From: Phaeosaccion multiseriatum
Lineage: Eukaryota; Protista; Ochrophyta, other classes
Reading direction: 5' to 3'
NCBI GenBank assembly: GCA_965112735.1
Contig: OZ218965.1
Span: forward strand, 1,674,001-1,738,000
DNA: 64,000 bases
The position numbers and the translations under genes were made by a program. Positions 62,409 to 64,000 of the stretch are shown piece after piece. How positions within the stretch are numbered: the first letter of the stretch is position 1; each line of letters begins with the position of its first letter. A model generated the notes under the pieces. It did no database searches and was not told the origin of the DNA. It saw only the letters and a program-made list of their open reading frames with translations.

Positions 62409-63200
62409 TCATTTCTTGAGGGTTCTCTTGGTCCCTTTCCGTGTTGCTCCTGCCCCTGCTCCGCTGGCCGCGACTGCAGGCTGCTGCCCACCCCCGGCGA
62501 CGCGTGCCTCTCTCTTAATTCTCCGCTGAATGAGATTGTATCGGTTCTGTGTGAGAGGGAGGGGAAGAGAGGCAAGAGCACAACAACAACAAAATTAGAA
62601 ACGAAAGTAGGGAGTAAGAGGTCGAGAGTTGGTCGATACATGTCTTCTCTCTCTCTCTCTCTCTTTCTCTCTCCTTTCCCTCTACCTCTCTCACCTTGGT
62701 GTCGTTGTAGCTTCGGCCGGGCAGCTTGCGGCAAATCTCCGCCCATTGATGCTTGCTCTGATTCGAGCGACCCACCTCTGTCTGCTTCCTCTCCTCACAC
62801 AACTGCATGAGTAGCTCCTCCTCCTTCTGCGTCCACGGCTCGTCCTTGCGCAGGCTGGGGTCCAAGTGGTTGAGGTACCGCTCGCGGCACTGCTTGGCTA
62901 CCCTCCCGGGTATAAGCCTCGCCACCTCTGCCCACTTCTGCCCGTGGCGCTCCACCAGCCCCGTCAAACGCGTGTCTTCCTCCCTCGTCCAACTGCCAAT
63001 GCCCTTGACCACCGTGCAACGGTTCAGCGCCGTCCGCCAGTGCAGCATGCAGGCCGTCTCGCTCTTGTCGCGGAAGTTTGAGGCGACCTTGACCCACGCC
63101 GCGTGGCCGTGCTCCAGTACCAACCGTTCCAGCAGATGCGTCTCTGCGTCGCTCCACGCATTCTTATCGTAGTCCTCCAACTGGCCGTCGTCCTTGGCGT

Positions 63201-63233
<33 letters not shown>

Positions 63234-63277
63234 ATCGTGTAACGGACAGAGGCGCCCCGCTGGCCCCCCGGGTGACG

Positions 63278-63309
<32 letters not shown>

Positions 63310-64000
63310 CTGTGAGGGGGAGAGCGAGGGGGGCTCACGCTTAACAGCCGCGTCCTTGTTGCGAGGGGTTGGAGATGCCTTGACAGCCGGCTGTGGCGTG
63401 GCGAGGGAAGCGCACGGGGTGTGGGAAAGAGAGGGAGGGGAGTCGCGGTGGCGGGGGAAAAAATCAGAACAAAAAAATATACAAACAAAACAACACAAAA
63501 AAGGGGTAAAGACGCATGCAAAGAACCGAAGGCGAAGGGACGAAGAAGCTCCCTCCCTCCCCCCTCCAATTTTCGCTGGGGTCCACGGTACCACTGTTGG
63601 TGTTGGCGTTACGAAGACGTTAGCCAGCCATGGCGTTAGCCTTACCTGATGCGAGGCCTGGTGCTTGCGGAGCTTCTCCATCTGATGGTGGTGGAAGGGC
63701 ATGCCCTTTTTTATTCCGTGGCTATGCCTGTGTCCACAAATGGCGTGGAAGTGCCGCTGCTTGGCAACACCGCCCTCCAGATACGTGCACAACACGCCAG
63801 CGCCTCTTTCCGGCAGACACACTCCGTATCTCCCCCGCTCCCCCTTCTCCACCTTGACCCACAGCGAAGCGTCAAGGTCAGCGGGGACTGCTTCCACAGG
63901 CCCTCCCACACTCCTCCGGTCCGTCGGGCTATTGTTGGGGCTTGGGCCGCTGCTGCACGAGAAGCTGCTGTCGTCCTCCGCGGGAAAGGCCTCTGCCGTG
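62409..64000 (-). CDS. Three-repeat MYB transcription factor, 5' end outside the window
   Basis: WSDAET...W...W; WTREEDTRL...KWAEVA..IPGRVAKQCRERYLNHLDP; WTQKEE...WAEICRKLPGRSYNDTK|NRYN; stop at 62409-62411. Confidence 0.92.

Overview
Gene-dense, intron-rich eukaryotic nuclear DNA. It is most likely from a photosynthetic stramenopile (ochrophyte), inferred from several signal peptides ending in an AF/SF/GF plastid-targeting cleavage motif. Introns are full of (GA)n/(CT)n/(CA)n microsatellites. Recognisable genes are HTATSF1/Cus2-like, plastid RF3 (prfC), PsbP-domain PPD7-like, phytol/farnesol kinase, PSMB5, RABGGTA, an Mpv17/PMP22 protein, RPL4, LPA3-like (DUF1995), a Sey1/RHD3-like GTPase, a possible ATRIP, a 3-repeat MYB and several hypothetical genes. 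The most unusual structure is at 15625-25272. A ~3.5 kb host segment is duplicated as a direct repeat around a 2.5 kb insert that looks like a circularly permuted transposon: C-terminal coding part first, then two imperfect inverted ends abutted across a 3-nt spacer (TGGCTGGCCC-TTC-GGGCCAGCCA), then the N-terminal coding part. Also present are a TIR-bounded PHD-carrying MITE-like element (5937-6629), a near-perfect 59-bp fold-back hairpin (7721-7856) and a small secreted Cys-rich gene whose signal-peptide exon is absent from the ORF track. All family assignments come from motif recognition by eye; no searches were run.
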